64,000 nt of DNA. Source: an uncultured bacterium. Lineage in GTDB: Bacteria > Patescibacteriota > Minisyncoccia > Phycocordibacterales > UBA6065. The stretch is from contig CBIMES010000002.1 of the NCBI GenBank assembly GCA_966243015.1, positions 48,518 through 112,517 on the forward strand. The letters are read 5' to 3'. Below, one piece after another: positions 1 through 8,548 of this stretch. Both the position numbers and the translations under genes were made by a program. Position 1 is the stretch's first letter. Every line of letters begins with the position of its first letter. The notes beneath the pieces are model-generated. The model saw only the letters and a program-made list of their open reading frames with translations. It did not search any database and was not told where the DNA came from.

Positions 1-705
1 GCGACTCGCGAGGCCATGTACGAGAAGATGCGCCGCGAACTCGGCGACGGGCGGCAGGCCTACGTCATATGCGCCCGCATCGACGAGCCGGACCCAACCA
101 AGGAGAACACGGTCCTCGCAAAGTCAGTGATCGAGGAGGCCAAGCGCCTCAAGAAGAGCGTATTCCCCGACTACGAGGTCGGCGTGCTGCACGGCAAGAT
201 GAAGGATGCGGACAAGGACCGCGTCATGCGCGAGTTCAAGGCGGGCAAGATTCACATCCTCGTCGCCACGTCGGTGGTCGAGGTCGGCGTGAACGTGCCG
301 AACGCAACCGTCATCCTCATCGAGGGCGCCGAGCGATTCGGACTGTCGCAGCTGCACCAGCTCCGCGGCCGCGTCGTGAGGTCTAATCACCAGGCGCACT
401 GCTTCCTCTTCTCCGAGAGCCAGGGCGAGAAGACCCTCGAGCGCCTCAAGGCCCTCACCACCGCCAAGAACGGCTTCGAGCTCGCCGAGTTTGACCTCAA
501 GTTCCGCGGCACCGGCGAGCTGTACGGCCGCAAGCAGTGGGGCGTGTCAGACGTGGCCATGGAGGCGATCCAAAATCTCAAGATGGTCGAGGCGGCGCGA
601 GCCGAGGCAATCAGACTCGTCGACGAGGATGACACTTTCGCCACCCTCCCCCTTGTGCGCGACGAGCTCAAGAAAAGGGAGAAACAGAGGATACATTTCG
701 AGTAA
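1..705 (+). CDS. recG: ATP-dependent DNA helicase RecG, C-terminal part (5' truncated by window)
   Basis: Helicase C motifs ATSVVEVGVNVPNAT, AERFGLSQLHQLRGRV and TRG motif GFELAEFDLKFRGTGELYG; the frame is open from base 1. Confidence 0.95.
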   Translation, partial: ATREAMYEKMRRELGDGRQAYVICARIDEPDPTKENTVLAKSVIEEAKRLKKSVFPDYEVGVLHGKMKDADKDRVMREFKAGKIHILVATSVVEVGVNVPNATVILIEGAERFGLSQLHQLRGRVVRSNHQAHCFLFSESQGEKTLERLKALTTAKNGFELAEFDLKFRGTGELYGRKQWGVSDVAMEAIQNLKMVEAARAEAIRLVDEDDTFATLPLVRDELKKREKQRIHFE

Positions 706-707
706 AC

Positions 708-738
708 GAAAAATCCCGCATATCACGCGGGATTTTTC
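708..738. terminator. Bidirectional intrinsic terminator
   Basis: GAAAAATCCCGC-loop-GCGGGATTTTTC between convergent genes. Confidence 0.8.
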
Positions 739-1542
739 CTATCGATACGGAGCGCCGAAAATCATGGGGTTAAAGAGTTGGCCTGTGTACATGTATGTGC
801 CAGATCCCCCAAGACGGAACGATCCCATATTATACGACTTCAACGTCTTTGTGTATGTCGCCGAACCGACCTCCTTGCCGTCGAGATACAACGAGAAGCG
901 CTTGGCCGAGTCATTAACCGACATGGCGGCATGATGCCACTTGCCATCATTCACGTTGACGCCGCTATTGATTGAGATAGACGTGTTGTCAGTGAACCAA
1001 ATGGCACCCGTGAAAACTCCAGAATCCTTGGTCATATAAAGCCCCGAGTGATATCCAGGCCTCAGAATCATATAACCGTCGTACGTCGAACCAGGCAGGC
1101 CAGTCGCCTTGAACCACGTTGCCATAGTGTAACCATCACCAGGATCAGTAATCTGGGCCGCTCCGGGACTCGATGTGACGGGCATATCGACATAACCCGA
1201 CGTTCCGTTAAAAACGAGAGAGTACCCACTGCCCGTAGGAGTATTGCCCACCGCCGACCACGTAGCGCCAGAGGCGATGTTTCCCGTCAAACCGTTTCCC
1301 GATGCGTCAGCGATTGTTGATCCGGCCCCTTCGCTCAAACGCCAGAAACCGCCTGCGCTTGCGCCAACAGCGCGATACAGGGAGCCCTCAAACTGTGTTC
1401 CAGCTGCGATGCGTGCCTTCTCACGAGCAGCGTTAAGACTTGCGAGGACAACGCCTGAAAGCAAAGAGATGATCGAGATGACAACCAAGAGCTCAATGAG
1501 GGTGAATGCGCGGGAAAACTTTAGAAGCGACATTGTCTTCAC
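739..1542 (-). CDS. Type IV pilin-like protein with C-terminal LamG/concanavalin-like domain
   Basis: N-methylation motif RAFTLIELLVVISII; LamG-type W(R/E)LSEGAG..IADASGNG and DGKWHHAA...LYLDG. Confidence 0.85.
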   Translation of the reverse strand: MKTMSLLKFSRAFTLIELLVVISIISLLSGVVLASLNAAREKARIAAGTQFEGSLYRAVGASAGGFWRLSEGAGSTIADASGNGLTGNIASGATWSAVGNTPTGSGYSLVFNGTSGYVDMPVTSSPGAAQITDPGDGYTMATWFKATGLPGSTYDGYMILRPGYHSGLYMTKDSGVFTGAIWFTDNTSISINSGVNVNDGKWHHAAMSVNDSAKRFSLYLDGKEVGSATYTKTLKSYNMGSFRLGGSGTYMYTGQLFNPMIFGAPYR

Positions 1543-1640
1543 ATAATCTTACAAAGCAATTGCCATGTCAACGATTCTGCGCACAGGTAAAAGAAAAGCC
1601 GCCTCATCGATTGTGGTCGATAGGCGGCTCGGCGGGTCGC

Positions 1641-2246
1641 TCACGCATGTCCCTTTCTGCGGCGAACCGCGACAAGGAGCGCGAGGGCGACGAGGCCGGC
1701 GAACAATCCGAACGAGGCTGGCTCAGGGACAGATGCCGACGGCGCAGATTGTCCCCACGCCATATTCGGATCAAGAGACGAGGTATACCACAGACCCACC
1801 TCCTGGACCCAAAGGCCCGAAGAGAAGTAGGACGGCACATAACCATCGCCGAGAGTAAACGAATACGGGGCATCCGGAACCGGGAGATGGGCAAAATACA
1901 GCTCATCGAATTGCCCATTTTCATCAACCGATTTGAAGGCGACATACAAATCAGGCCCGTAGAATGTGGCGTCCTTGTAGAACACAAGACTCGTCGTCCC
2001 TACCATCAGACTCCCCCCGACAAACGTCGGAACAAGGGGCGTGAGCTCACCATGCTCCTGGAAACCAGGAACGGCGAGATCGAAGTCCACGATGAAGGTC
2101 CCCGAATAGTCGGTGCCGACGGCGACCATGGGAAGATTGCTCTCCGTAACCTTGCCCGAGAACGAAAACGTCACAGGAGCCGCGAGGCTCGTGGACGGAA
2201 GGGCGCCCAGGAAGAACGCCATGACAAGTGCGATGATGTGTTTCAT
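1641..2246 (-). CDS. Secreted PEP-CTERM sorting-domain protein
   Basis: Signal peptide; C-terminal VPEPAS + hydrophobic helix + RRRK; paralog of 12194..12820. Confidence 0.85.
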   Translation of the reverse strand: MKHIIALVMAFFLGALPSTSLAAPVTFSFSGKVTESNLPMVAVGTDYSGTFIVDFDLAVPGFQEHGELTPLVPTFVGGSLMVGTTSLVFYKDATFYGPDLYVAFKSVDENGQFDELYFAHLPVPDAPYSFTLGDGYVPSYFSSGLWVQEVGLWYTSSLDPNMAWGQSAPSASVPEPASFGLFAGLVALALLVAVRRRKGHA

Positions 2247-2404
2247 CGTGCTTTCCTTTGGTTGAGGTTAGGAATCCCCTGCCGGAATGGCAAAGAGCTT
2301 CACGTCTTCTTAATACCACATGAAAGGAAAATTGTAAATAAAGAAAAGATAAAAGAAAAACAGGCGCATCATGCGCCCGTTTTCCGACCCACGGAGAGCC
2401 CCTC

Positions 2405-2941
2405 CTAGTTGTCCCCACGCGATCCGCCGAAGAATGACCTGAACATCCCCCAGATGCGGCCGAAGACGCCCTTTGAGCCGACGTTCGCCGAGAGTTTCGC
2501 GTCAACGGCGCGGACGCTGTCGCCGACCTCGAGGTCAGCCGATGCAACGGTGCTCGTGCCAGAGGCGGCATAGAACACGGTCGTAGACGCGGTAAGAGTA
2601 TGGGCGACGCCGTCCTCGTCAGTGACGACAACAGTGCTCGTGCCAACGGAGGCGACGGTACCGACAATCATCTTGCCGCGAGCCTTCCCCTCCCAACCCT
2701 CTCTCGGACCGTCCCTGCGACCGTTGTCAGGTCGCGACGACGTGCCCATCTCCAAACGGGAGCTCGTGGCGCGGACCTCGCCGCGGAATTCGCCCTTTAC
2801 GGACGGAACTTTGGCGTCAATGTCAGCGCGAACGTTCACGCCGACACCTGCACCAACCTGAGCAGAAACGCCTTGCGCCGCGAGAAGGCAGAGGGCGACG
2901 AGAAATACAGGAGCCGCAAGCTTCAAATGTGTTTTGTTCAT
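2405..2941 (-). CDS. Secreted hypothetical protein (possible DUF5666-like OB-fold; start reassigned to ATG 2941)
   Basis: Signal peptide MNKTHLKLAAPVFLVALCLLAAQGVSA; G-T-V-x-S-V...DLEVGDSV pattern; C-terminal amphipathic GVFGRIWGMFRSFFG. Confidence 0.65.
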   Translation of the reverse strand: MNKTHLKLAAPVFLVALCLLAAQGVSAQVGAGVGVNVRADIDAKVPSVKGEFRGEVRATSSRLEMGTSSRPDNGRRDGPREGWEGKARGKMIVGTVASVGTSTVVVTDEDGVAHTLTASTTVFYAASGTSTVASADLEVGDSVRAVDAKLSANVGSKGVFGRIWGMFRSFFGGSRGDN

Positions 2942-3077
2942 ATGTGAGCGAGGGATTACCCATGAGCGAGTGACCCTCACTCCTTATTCTACGACACAAA
3001 TACGCCGGGCGGTGCACGAAATCAACAGTTCGTCCCGAGATTGTGCTCTCGGCCACGCTGGTTTAGTATAGCCATAC

Positions 3078-3151
3078 GCGCCCATAGCTCAGTTGGTTAG
3101 AGCACAGAGCTTATACCTCTGCGGTCCATGGTTCGAATCCATGTGGGCGCA
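3078..3151 (+). tRNA. tRNA-Ile (anticodon UAU); CCA not encoded
   Basis: Acceptor GCGCCCA/TGGGCGC, D arm GCTC..GAGC, anticodon arm CAGAG-CTTATAC-CTCTG, T loop GTTCGAATC. Confidence 0.93.
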
Positions 3152-3360
3152 CACCAGACAGTCACGCCACGAAACAAAAAGACCCCGTGGTCGCACACGA
3201 GGCCTTGTAGAGGGTTACCGCAACCAAGAGAGTTATGCGTGGCACTTCTCTCTGAACATTAGTACGTTCGCCTTGGGCAAAACGCTTCACCGAAACAATA
3301 TTAGCAGAGGGAAATTTCGAACTGTCGATAGAAGCGGCCCGCATTACGCGGGCCGCTTTC

Positions 3361-5295
3361 CTATGCCTGATGCTCGATGTCCTTCTTTTTCTTCGGGACG
3401 ATACCGTGAGCGACGAGGAGCTTCTCGAAGTCCTCGCGCTCGATAGTCTCGACCTCCATAAGGGTCTCCGCAATGGCGGTAAATGCCTTCTTGTTCTCGG
3501 AAATCGCCTTCTCGGCTCGGGCCATGCTCTCGGACATGATCTTTGAGACCTCGGCGTCGACGTCGGCGGCGACACGCTCAGAGTACGCGCCCTCCTCTAC
3601 CCCGCGGCCGAAAAGCACGCGACCGCCGGCCCCCTCAAGGGCAACAGGCCCCATCTTCTCCGACATGCCGTACTTGGTGACCATGTCGCGGGCGAGCGAG
3701 GTGGACACCTGAAGGTCATTCGACGGGCCCGTGGTAAGGTCGCCGAATATCATGCGCTCGGCGACATAGCCCCCGAGGGACACGGTGATGTCATCGAGGA
3801 ACTCCTTCTTTGACTGAAGCTTGCGATCCTCGAGCGGAAGGTGCAGGACGTATCCCGCGGCGCGGCCTCGGGAGATGATAGAAATCTTGTGGACAGGGTC
3901 AGCATACTCAAGCACGGAGGAGATGATGGCGTGACCCGCCTCGTGGTAAGCCGTGATCTTCTTCTCAGCCTTCGAGAGGAGGTGGCTCTTGCGCTCGGGC
4001 CCGAGCATGACCTTCTCGATGGCACGGATAAGGTCGAACTGGGCGACCTTGGTGCGATTCTCGCGGGCAGCGAGAATGGCACCCTCGTTCATAAGCGAGT
4101 AGAGGTCGGCGCCCGAGAAGCCCGGCGTTCGCTCGGCGACAACCTTGAGGTTCACGTCCTCGGCGAACGGCTTCTTCTTCGAGTGGATCTTAAGAATCTC
4201 CTCGCGATCGTTTCGGTCAGGGTTATCGATGGTTACGCGACGGTCAAATCGGCCCGGTCGCAGAAGCGCGGGGTCGAGCACGTCGGGCCTGTTGGTCGCG
4301 GCCATGACGATGACCTTCTCGTTCGGCTCGAAGCCATCCATCTCCACGAGGATCTGATTGAGGGTCTGCTCCCTCTCGTCGTTGCCCCCGCCCGTGCCCA
4401 CGCCTCGACTGCGGCCCACGGCGTCGATCTCGTCGACGAAGATGATGGCTGGGGCGTTTTGCTTTGCCATCTTGAAGAGGTCGCGCACGCGCGAAGCACC
4501 CACGCCGACGAACATCTCGACGAACTCGGAACCCGATATGGAAAAGAACGCCACGCCCGCCTCACCTGCTACCGCACGCGCCAGAAGGGTCTTTCCCGTT
4601 CCCGGCGCGCCCATGAGAAGAATGCCCTTTGGGATGACGGCACCCACGTCGAGGAACTTCTTTGGGTTCCTGAGGAAGTCGACAATTTCCATAAGCTCCT
4701 GCTTTGCCTCCTTGGCGCCGGCGACGTCCTTGAAGGTGACGCGTTGCTTCTTGTCGTCTGGGAAGATGACGCGAGCCTTCGACTGGCCGAAGGTCATGGC
4801 CTGGACCCCCGCTCCCTTCACCTGTCGGGTCATGATCCAGACAAGGAAGCCGATGAAGATGAGCGGCACGATAAACGGCGCGAGGTTCGCGAACCAATAG
4901 CCAAAGCCCGACGGCTGCTTCACGTCAATCTTCACGGCCGTGATCTGCTGCGGAGTCACGCCATAGTTGGTGAGTGTCTCGGTGAGGGCGGTCGAGCCCT
5001 CCTTGTTTGACTCCTTCTTGGTGCCGTCGGCGTACGAGGCCACGAGCGTGTCGCCGTCGATCTCTATGGACGCCACGGCCCCCTTCGACACGTCAGACGA
5101 GAGCTCGGAGAGAGATATTCGCGCCACCTCCTGCTTCCGCTCGGACAGAGACGAGTACGCGAAAACGACGAGGAAGAGAATAATCAATCCCGTGCCAAAA
5201 TTGCCCAGAAAGCCCATGCCAGCCGGCATGCGAGGACCGTTTCCCTTCTTCTGATGCTGTGAATTATGGTCGTTGTGATGAGGTGTTTTAGGCAT
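3361..5295 (-). CDS. ftsH: ATP-dependent zinc metalloprotease FtsH
   Basis: Two TM helices, Walker [23 protein letters not shown] zinc motif; ATG 5295 lies 6 nt after TATACT. Confidence 0.97.
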   Translation of the reverse strand: MPKTPHHNDHNSQHQKKGNGPRMPAGMGFLGNFGTGLIILFLVVFAYSSLSERKQEVARISLSELSSDVSKGAVASIEIDGDTLVASYADGTKKESNKEGSTALTETLTNYGVTPQQITAVKIDVKQPSGFGYWFANLAPFIVPLIFIGFLVWIMTRQVKGAGVQAMTFGQSKARVIFPDDKKQRVTFKDVAGAKEAKQELMEIVDFLRNPKKFLDVGAVIPKGILLMGAPGTGKTLLARAVAGEAGVAFFSISGSEFVEMFVGVGASRVRDLFKMAKQNAPAIIFVDEIDAVGRSRGVGTGGGNDEREQTLNQILVEMDGFEPNEKVIVMAATNRPDVLDPALLRPGRFDRRVTIDNPDRNDREEILKIHSKKKPFAEDVNLKVVAERTPGFSGADLYSLMNEGAILAARENRTKVAQFDLIRAIEKVMLGPERKSHLLSKAEKKITAYHEAGHAIISSVLEYADPVHKISIISRGRAAGYVLHLPLEDRKLQSKKEFLDDITVSLGGYVAERMIFGDLTTGPSNDLQVSTSLARDMVTKYGMSEKMGPVALEGAGGRVLFGRGVEEGAYSERVAADVDAEVSKIMSESMARAEKAISENKKAFTAIAETLMEVETIEREDFEKLLVAHGIVPKKKKDIEHQA

Positions 5296-5338
5296 ATTCC
5301 CAGTATAGCAGAAACGCAAGATGTGCTAGCATACGCGC

Positions 5339-5788
5339 ATGGCGTTCGCCGAGAACAGGAAAATCAACTTCGATTACGAGACCCTCGAGAGCTTCGAGGC
5401 CGGCATCGAGCTGACCGGGCTCGAGGTCAAGTCGCTCCGCACCCACACCTCTTCCCTCGAGGGCGCCTACGTCACGGTCCGCGGCGGAGAGGCGTTTCTC
5501 GTGAACATGAACGTGCCCCCCTACCAAGTTTCGAACACCCCGAAGGAATACGACCCCCTTCGCGTCCGCAGGCTCCTCCTCGCCAAGAAGGAGATACGAA
5601 AGCTCGCGGATATTGAGGCCGGTAAGGGCTTGACAATAGTACCTGTCAAGGTGTATAATAAAGGAAGGGTGATTAAGGTACAGGTGTCCGTCGTACGAGG
5701 CAAGAAGCAGTTCGACAAGCGACAGACCATCCTGAAGCGCGAGACCAACAGGGACGCGCGAAGGACATTGAAATACGGACAGGAATAG
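5339..5788 (+). CDS. smpB: SsrA-binding protein SmpB
   Basis: EAGIELTGLEVKSLR and RGKKQFDKRQTI motifs; adjacent to tmRNA. Confidence 0.96.
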   Translation: MAFAENRKINFDYETLESFEAGIELTGLEVKSLRTHTSSLEGAYVTVRGGEAFLVNMNVPPYQVSNTPKEYDPLRVRRLLLAKKEIRKLADIEAGKGLTIVPVKVYNKGRVIKVQVSVVRGKKQFDKRQTILKRETNRDARRTLKYGQE

Positions 5789-5824
5789 CGCGGACGGGCC
5801 ACGGCCCTCCGGCACACCACACAT

Positions 5825-6220
5825 GGGGATGACGGGCTTCGACACACGATTCCCTTCCCTCTGCGCGCGATAGAGCTTGAGTACCTCTGCAAACTGCTCA
5901 AACCATCAAATGCAAAATCTTCCGTTTCGCCGTATTTCGCGGCACGAGATTTCTCATTCGCTTACGCAATAGCCTAAGCGACATCGTCCTTCTGCGCGTC
6001 CGGCGCGGGAGACCGCGGTGTTATATACCCGGACTAGCTAACTCCCAGTTCCAGGGCGTCTAGCGAGACTCGCCGAAAGGCGGGATGGAAATCGGACGAG
6101 GCGCGTTTTGTCTCTTTTACAGCGCCCCGCCCTAAAGCCCTTACGGGCGAAAACTGACTACATCGCGTAGAACCATTGGGAAAGATCATGTGCACGCGCG
6201 TTCAACTCGCGCCATCTCCA
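5825..6220 (+). ncRNA. ssrA: tmRNA; predicted tag (A)AKSSVSPYFAARDFSFAYAIA at 5912..5977
   Basis: 5' GGGGATG pairs with 3' CATCTCC-A, giving G3.U70; T arm GCGCG-TTCAACT-CGCGC; directly downstream of smpB; resume context AAAT-GCA. Confidence 0.93.
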
Positions 6221-6262
6221 CAACAAGCAAAAGACTGCCCCTTCGGCAGTCTTTTGCTTTGT

Positions 6263-6646
6263 CTAAAGCCACTCAGCGACACCACCGTGATGAGAGCACG
6301 TGCCGCGACGATTCTGGCTAAAGCTAAACGTACCGTCCTTACATTTTGCGGTTGCGCCCGAAGGCACCGAATTATCCGCCGAATAAGCTGGAGAATGAAC
6401 CCTTTGCCCATCCACATTGGTGTAATAGTTATTATTCGACAACGCGCCGCCACTAACTTCTGACGGTTGGTCCCCAGGAGAAACGATACGCGGTGTAGCG
6501 GCAGATTCTACAGCATATATCGGAACAGCACTATTCTGAACAGGCGAAGGCTGAGAAGGAGCAGAACCATCAAACGTAGTGGTAAGCACAATTAAGATGC
6601 CCAGAAGCCAATACCTTTTCTTCGCGAACCAAGGTTTCGTGTTCAT
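6263..6646 (-). CDS. DUF3761-domain membrane-anchored protein
   Basis: C-terminal GATAKCKDGTFSFSQNRRGTCSHHGGV; N-terminal KPWFAKKRYW + TM. Confidence 0.85.
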   Translation of the reverse strand: MNTKPWFAKKRYWLLGILIVLTTTFDGSAPSQPSPVQNSAVPIYAVESAATPRIVSPGDQPSEVSGGALSNNNYYTNVDGQRVHSPAYSADNSVPSGATAKCKDGTFSFSQNRRGTCSHHGGVAEWL

Positions 6647-6827
6647 GCTGTAATTATATGCTTGTGTGGTAAAGAATAATCAAAGAGATCACATTGACAC
6701 GACAATAAAGATACCGTACTCTTCAAAACCAGTCCGACATCCAGCAGCCAGTCGATATACCCAACCAGCCACGGAACCCGTTCCCCGCTGGAGGGGAATA
6801 CTGTTCTTTGGAAACTCACAGCATCAC

Positions 6828-7220
6828 ATGCGAAAACCCAGCACACCGCCACGAAACGTCCTCGTCTTGCGCAAAGGAGACAAGGGTGTCAAACCCCTCT
6901 GTAACGCCCTCCTCGTCGCCGGCCTCAGTCACGGCAAACACTTCTCGGCCAGCACGGACGAGAGCATCATCACCAACTGGGTCCACAACACCGGGAAGAG
7001 CCAACTCCTCATTATCGACCCCAGCGAGGACACGGAGCTCACGACCCTAATTGCCAAGCTGAAGAAAAAGAACGCCTTTCTTTCGGTGACCGTCATAGGC
7101 ATCCCCCGGAGCAGCAGTGCAGGCATTGACCGTTTCATCGACGTCGATGTGCGCGACGCGCAGTCGCTCAAGCCGATTGTCGAGCTCGTTCGCGAGTTTA
7201 ACGGGACGCCGAAGGTTTAG
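6828..7220 (+). CDS. Hypothetical protein (possibly a degenerate receiver-like alpha/beta fold)
   Basis: Genome-typical codon usage from ATG 6828; followed by a terminator; fold is only a guess. Confidence 0.55.
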   Translation: MRKPSTPPRNVLVLRKGDKGVKPLCNALLVAGLSHGKHFSASTDESIITNWVHNTGKSQLLIIDPSEDTELTTLIAKLKKKNAFLSVTVIGIPRSSSAGIDRFIDVDVRDAQSLKPIVELVREFNGTPKV

Positions 7221-7283
7221 CGGCCCTCACATGCCAACCAGAACACCGACACCTCAAGCCCCGCAGTGATGCGGGGCTTTTTA

Positions 7284-7571
7284 TTATTTATGTGCCTCTA
7301 GCTTGTCCTCGTCCTTCGCAGCCTTCTTCTCCCCTCCCCACTGCCACCTCGGCGTCTCTCCCTTTATATATGAGAGTGTAACCAAGGCCACGGACAGCAC
7401 CGCGAGCATGATGCCAAGCCTAAGCGTCTGACCTTCCCAGAGAAACGCGCCAACGAGTACCAGCGCAAGATACACGGCAATGACCGTCCACCCCTGCCAC
7501 CCCGCCGGATACCAGCCCCAGCCGTATCGCTTCCTCCTAAACCACAGCTTATTTTCAGTTTGAGTATTCAT
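7284..7571 (-). CDS. Small two-TM hypothetical protein
   Basis: WFRRKRYGWGWYP.GWQGW followed by two hydrophobic helices and PRWQWG. Confidence 0.8.
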   Translation of the reverse strand: MNTQTENKLWFRRKRYGWGWYPAGWQGWTVIAVYLALVLVGAFLWEGQTLRLGIMLAVLSVALVTLSYIKGETPRWQWGGEKKAAKDEDKLEAHK

Positions 7572-7599
7572 ATTATGTAGGCACTATGTCTTTTCAGCA

Positions 7600-7717
7600 T
7601 ACCATGTGAATAACACACCCTCTGAAAAGACCTTGCGCAGGCCGACGGGCCGAGCAGAGCAAAAGCCCACCAGGGCTTTATGCGTGTCTTGGCAGAGGGT
7701 GTGTTATTCACATGGTA
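7600..7717 (+). repeat. Structured repeat element, copy 1 (25-bp perfect terminal inverted repeat around a conserved ~56-nt core)
   Basis: TACCATGTGAATAACACACCCTCTG/CAGAGGGTGTGTTATTCACATGGTA; core 7631..7686 is nearly identical to the reverse complement of 27682..27738. Confidence 0.85.
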
Positions 7718-7719
7718 CC

Positions 7720-7748
7720 TTGCATCACATAGTACCTAAATGTATACT
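7720..7748 (+). promoter_or_regulatory. Sigma70 promoter of the doxX-padR-pspC operon (leaderless)
   Basis: TTGCAT-N17-TATACT, 6 nt before ATG 7755. Confidence 0.7.
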
Positions 7749-7754
7749 ACGCTC

Positions 7755-8174
7755 ATGAACACCCAGGAAAAATTCACGTATCTGTTTTCTCGCTTCGCGC
7801 TCTGTATCGTCTACGTATGGTTCGGCGCCCTCAAGCTCATCAACGCGAGCCCGGCGAACCCGCTCGTCGACGCCCTTCTCCAGAAGACCCTCCCCTTCCT
7901 CAGCTTCGGGGAGTTCATCGTCATCCTCGGCGTCTTCGAAATCCTCATCGGCGTGCTCTTTGTCATTCCCCGCATGGAACGATTCGCCCTGGTCCTGCTC
8001 GTGCCGCATATGATCACGACCGTCGCGCCGCTCTTCCTCCTCGCGCCAATGACCTGGACCGGCTTCCTCTCCCCTACCCTCGAGGGACAGTACATCATCA
8101 AGAACATCCTTATCGTCGCCCTCGCCGTCGACATCTTCATAGAGAACAAGAAAGTCCGCGCGCTCCGCGCCTAA
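7755..8174 (+). CDS. DoxX-family membrane protein
   Basis: R...VYVWFGALKL, LGVFEILIG, GQYIIKN; four TM helices. Confidence 0.8.
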   Translation: MNTQEKFTYLFSRFALCIVYVWFGALKLINASPANPLVDALLQKTLPFLSFGEFIVILGVFEILIGVLFVIPRMERFALVLLVPHMITTVAPLFLLAPMTWTGFLSPTLEGQYIIKNILIVALAVDIFIENKKVRALRA

Positions 8175-8195
8175 TCGCCTAACCCATTACAAGCC

Positions 8196-8528
8196 ATGAA
8201 CGTCCTCAACATAGAGAAGAACAAGGCGGACATGAGAAAGGGGGTGCTCGAGTACTGCATTCTCCTCATCATCTCCCGCGGCAAGATATACGCGACCGAC
8301 ATCCTCAAGAAGCTCAAGGAGGCTGACCTCATCGTGGTCGAGGGAACGCTCTATCCCCTCCTCAACCGCCTGCGCACCGAGGGTCTCCTCAATTATTCCT
8401 GGGAGGAGTCAAAGTCAGGACCTCCGCGCAAGTACTACACCCTGACAACTGAGGGAAAGGAGCATCTCGCGCAACTCAAAGCAACCTGGAAGTCACTCGT
8501 CGAATCGCTCAGCGCGCTCATGAATTAG
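8196..8528 (+). CDS. PadR-family transcriptional regulator
   Basis: MRKGVLEYCIL, EGTLYPLLNRL, GPPRKYYTLT. Confidence 0.93.
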   Translation: MNVLNIEKNKADMRKGVLEYCILLIISRGKIYATDILKKLKEADLIVVEGTLYPLLNRLRTEGLLNYSWEESKSGPPRKYYTLTTEGKEHLAQLKATWKSLVESLSALMN

Positions 8529-8548
8529 AAACAACACTTACAACCATT

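Noticed and set aside
3841-5010. Long antisense ORFs (also 57148..57978, 51628..52557, 52433..53302, 58974..59798, 1506..2408)
   Set aside because: These are shadows of GC-rich codon usage opposite well-supported genes and have no motifs.
6666-6827. Longer 184-aa version of the ORF ending at 7220
   Set aside because: The upstream part contains promoter-like and hairpin sequence; ATG 6828 has a better context.
6220-7300. Genomic island integrated at ssrA
   Set aside because: The DUF3761 gene looks more AT-rich, but no duplicated ssrA 3' end (att site) or integrase was found.
7631-7686. Hammerhead ribozyme or SRP RNA identity for the repeated element
   Set aside because: It lacks CUGANGA/GAAA cores and the SRP GNRA-CAGG/AGCAG loop on either strand.
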